The translations under genes were made by a program, and so were the position numbers. The notes below the pieces were generated by a model. The model had not been told where the DNA came from. It saw only the letters and a program-made list of their open reading frames with translations, and ran no database searches. 64,000 nt of DNA from Candidatus Wirthbacteria bacterium (GTDB taxonomy: Bacteria; Patescibacteriota; CG2-30-54-11), in NCBI GenBank assembly GCA_903889905.1, contig CAISZI010000053.1:10599-74598 (forward strand). Direction: 5' to 3'. Below, in pieces: positions 63,486 to 64,000 of this stretch. Each line of letters starts with the position of its first letter. Within the stretch, counting starts at the first letter, position 1.

Positions 63486-64000
63486 ATGGCGGGTGAGTTT
63501 GTGGTGCCGTCGGATGGTTCTGAAGGTCTTCAACAGGAGGTAAATTTAGAAAAGCCTCCCGCCGAACCAGTTACATTGACGACCCAAATGGCATTGGAGC
63601 ATGTGGCGGTATTAAAAAAAATTCTCCAGACGGTTGGTTCAGAATTTTGCAACGGCAATTGGCGACAGTAACCGAAGGCGGGAACAATTGGTTGTTGAAA
63701 AACGAGGTGATGAATGGTCAGGTATCATTTTTAATCCAACGGCATTAGACAAGTTGGCAGTCCAGCTGGAGATGGAACCCATTGCAGCCGGAATCTTTCA
63801 TGACGAAGAGGGCAAATTGAGGATGGTGCATTCAGGTACATATGGTACGGAATGGCATGGAGAAATGCCACCGGCAATTGCAGCTCTGATCGCGAAATGC
63901 GACCAAATTGCCGCAATGTTGGCCGAGGCAGTTAAGATTTCTGAGATAGAGGCACGGGATGGTGCGAAGCAACGAACTCAAGATAGAGAGGTTCAGAGAG
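63486..64000 (+). CDS. Hypothetical protein with an apparent +1 frameshift in an A8 tract; runs off the window
   Basis: ATG at 63486 with a GGAG RBS. The frame stops at 63671, but the +1 frame is open from 63616 to the window end. Confidence 0.55.

Noticed and set aside
1-64000. Alternative genetic code (TGA=Gly, code 25)
   Set aside because: Conserved genes such as the MgtE-N protein, gldF-like permease, clpX and lon end at TGA at their expected lengths, and no conserved gene shows internal TGA.

Overview
This looks like a chromosomal window from a bacterium using genetic code 11 (TGA is a stop). It is most likely Patescibacteria/CPR, inferred from a DUF5663-like gene, salvage-type metabolism and many orphan proteins with acidic/Pro-rich N-termini. 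Recognisable content: a trehalose-6-P synthase + GT4 osmolyte locus, an MgtE-N/CBS + Nramp pair, two ABC systems (FtsX/LolD-like and GldAFG-like), clpP-clpX-lon, a thiolase + DUF35/DUF362 + PAP2 locus, anaerobic RNR nrdDG with tandem NrdR boxes, three GT4 glycosyltransferases, a PAS two-component system, a Crp-linked stress cluster ending in two DUF3494 ice-binding proteins, epmA-efp, three tRNAs (Arg-TCG, Leu-TAG, Ala-GGC) and several REP-like palindrome families. Four unexplained signals stand out. (1) A ~360-nt element at 14800-15163 in which a 61-aa membrane-peptide ORF is tiled by hairpins and enclosed by a perfect 14-bp 5'-3' stem. (2) A small GIY-YIG nuclease gene between tRNA-Ala and tRNA-Leu, bracketed by inverted, covarying structured repeats that pair with the tRNA termini, plus a solo copy in a decayed tRNA-Arg duplicate. 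(3) Two Crp/Fnr paralogs, each beside tandem operators 23 bp apart that match its own recognition helix. (4) An intact NuoE-like protein paired with a NuoF-like protein lacking its cofactor motifs. All family calls come from motif recognition by eye; no database search or folding program was run.
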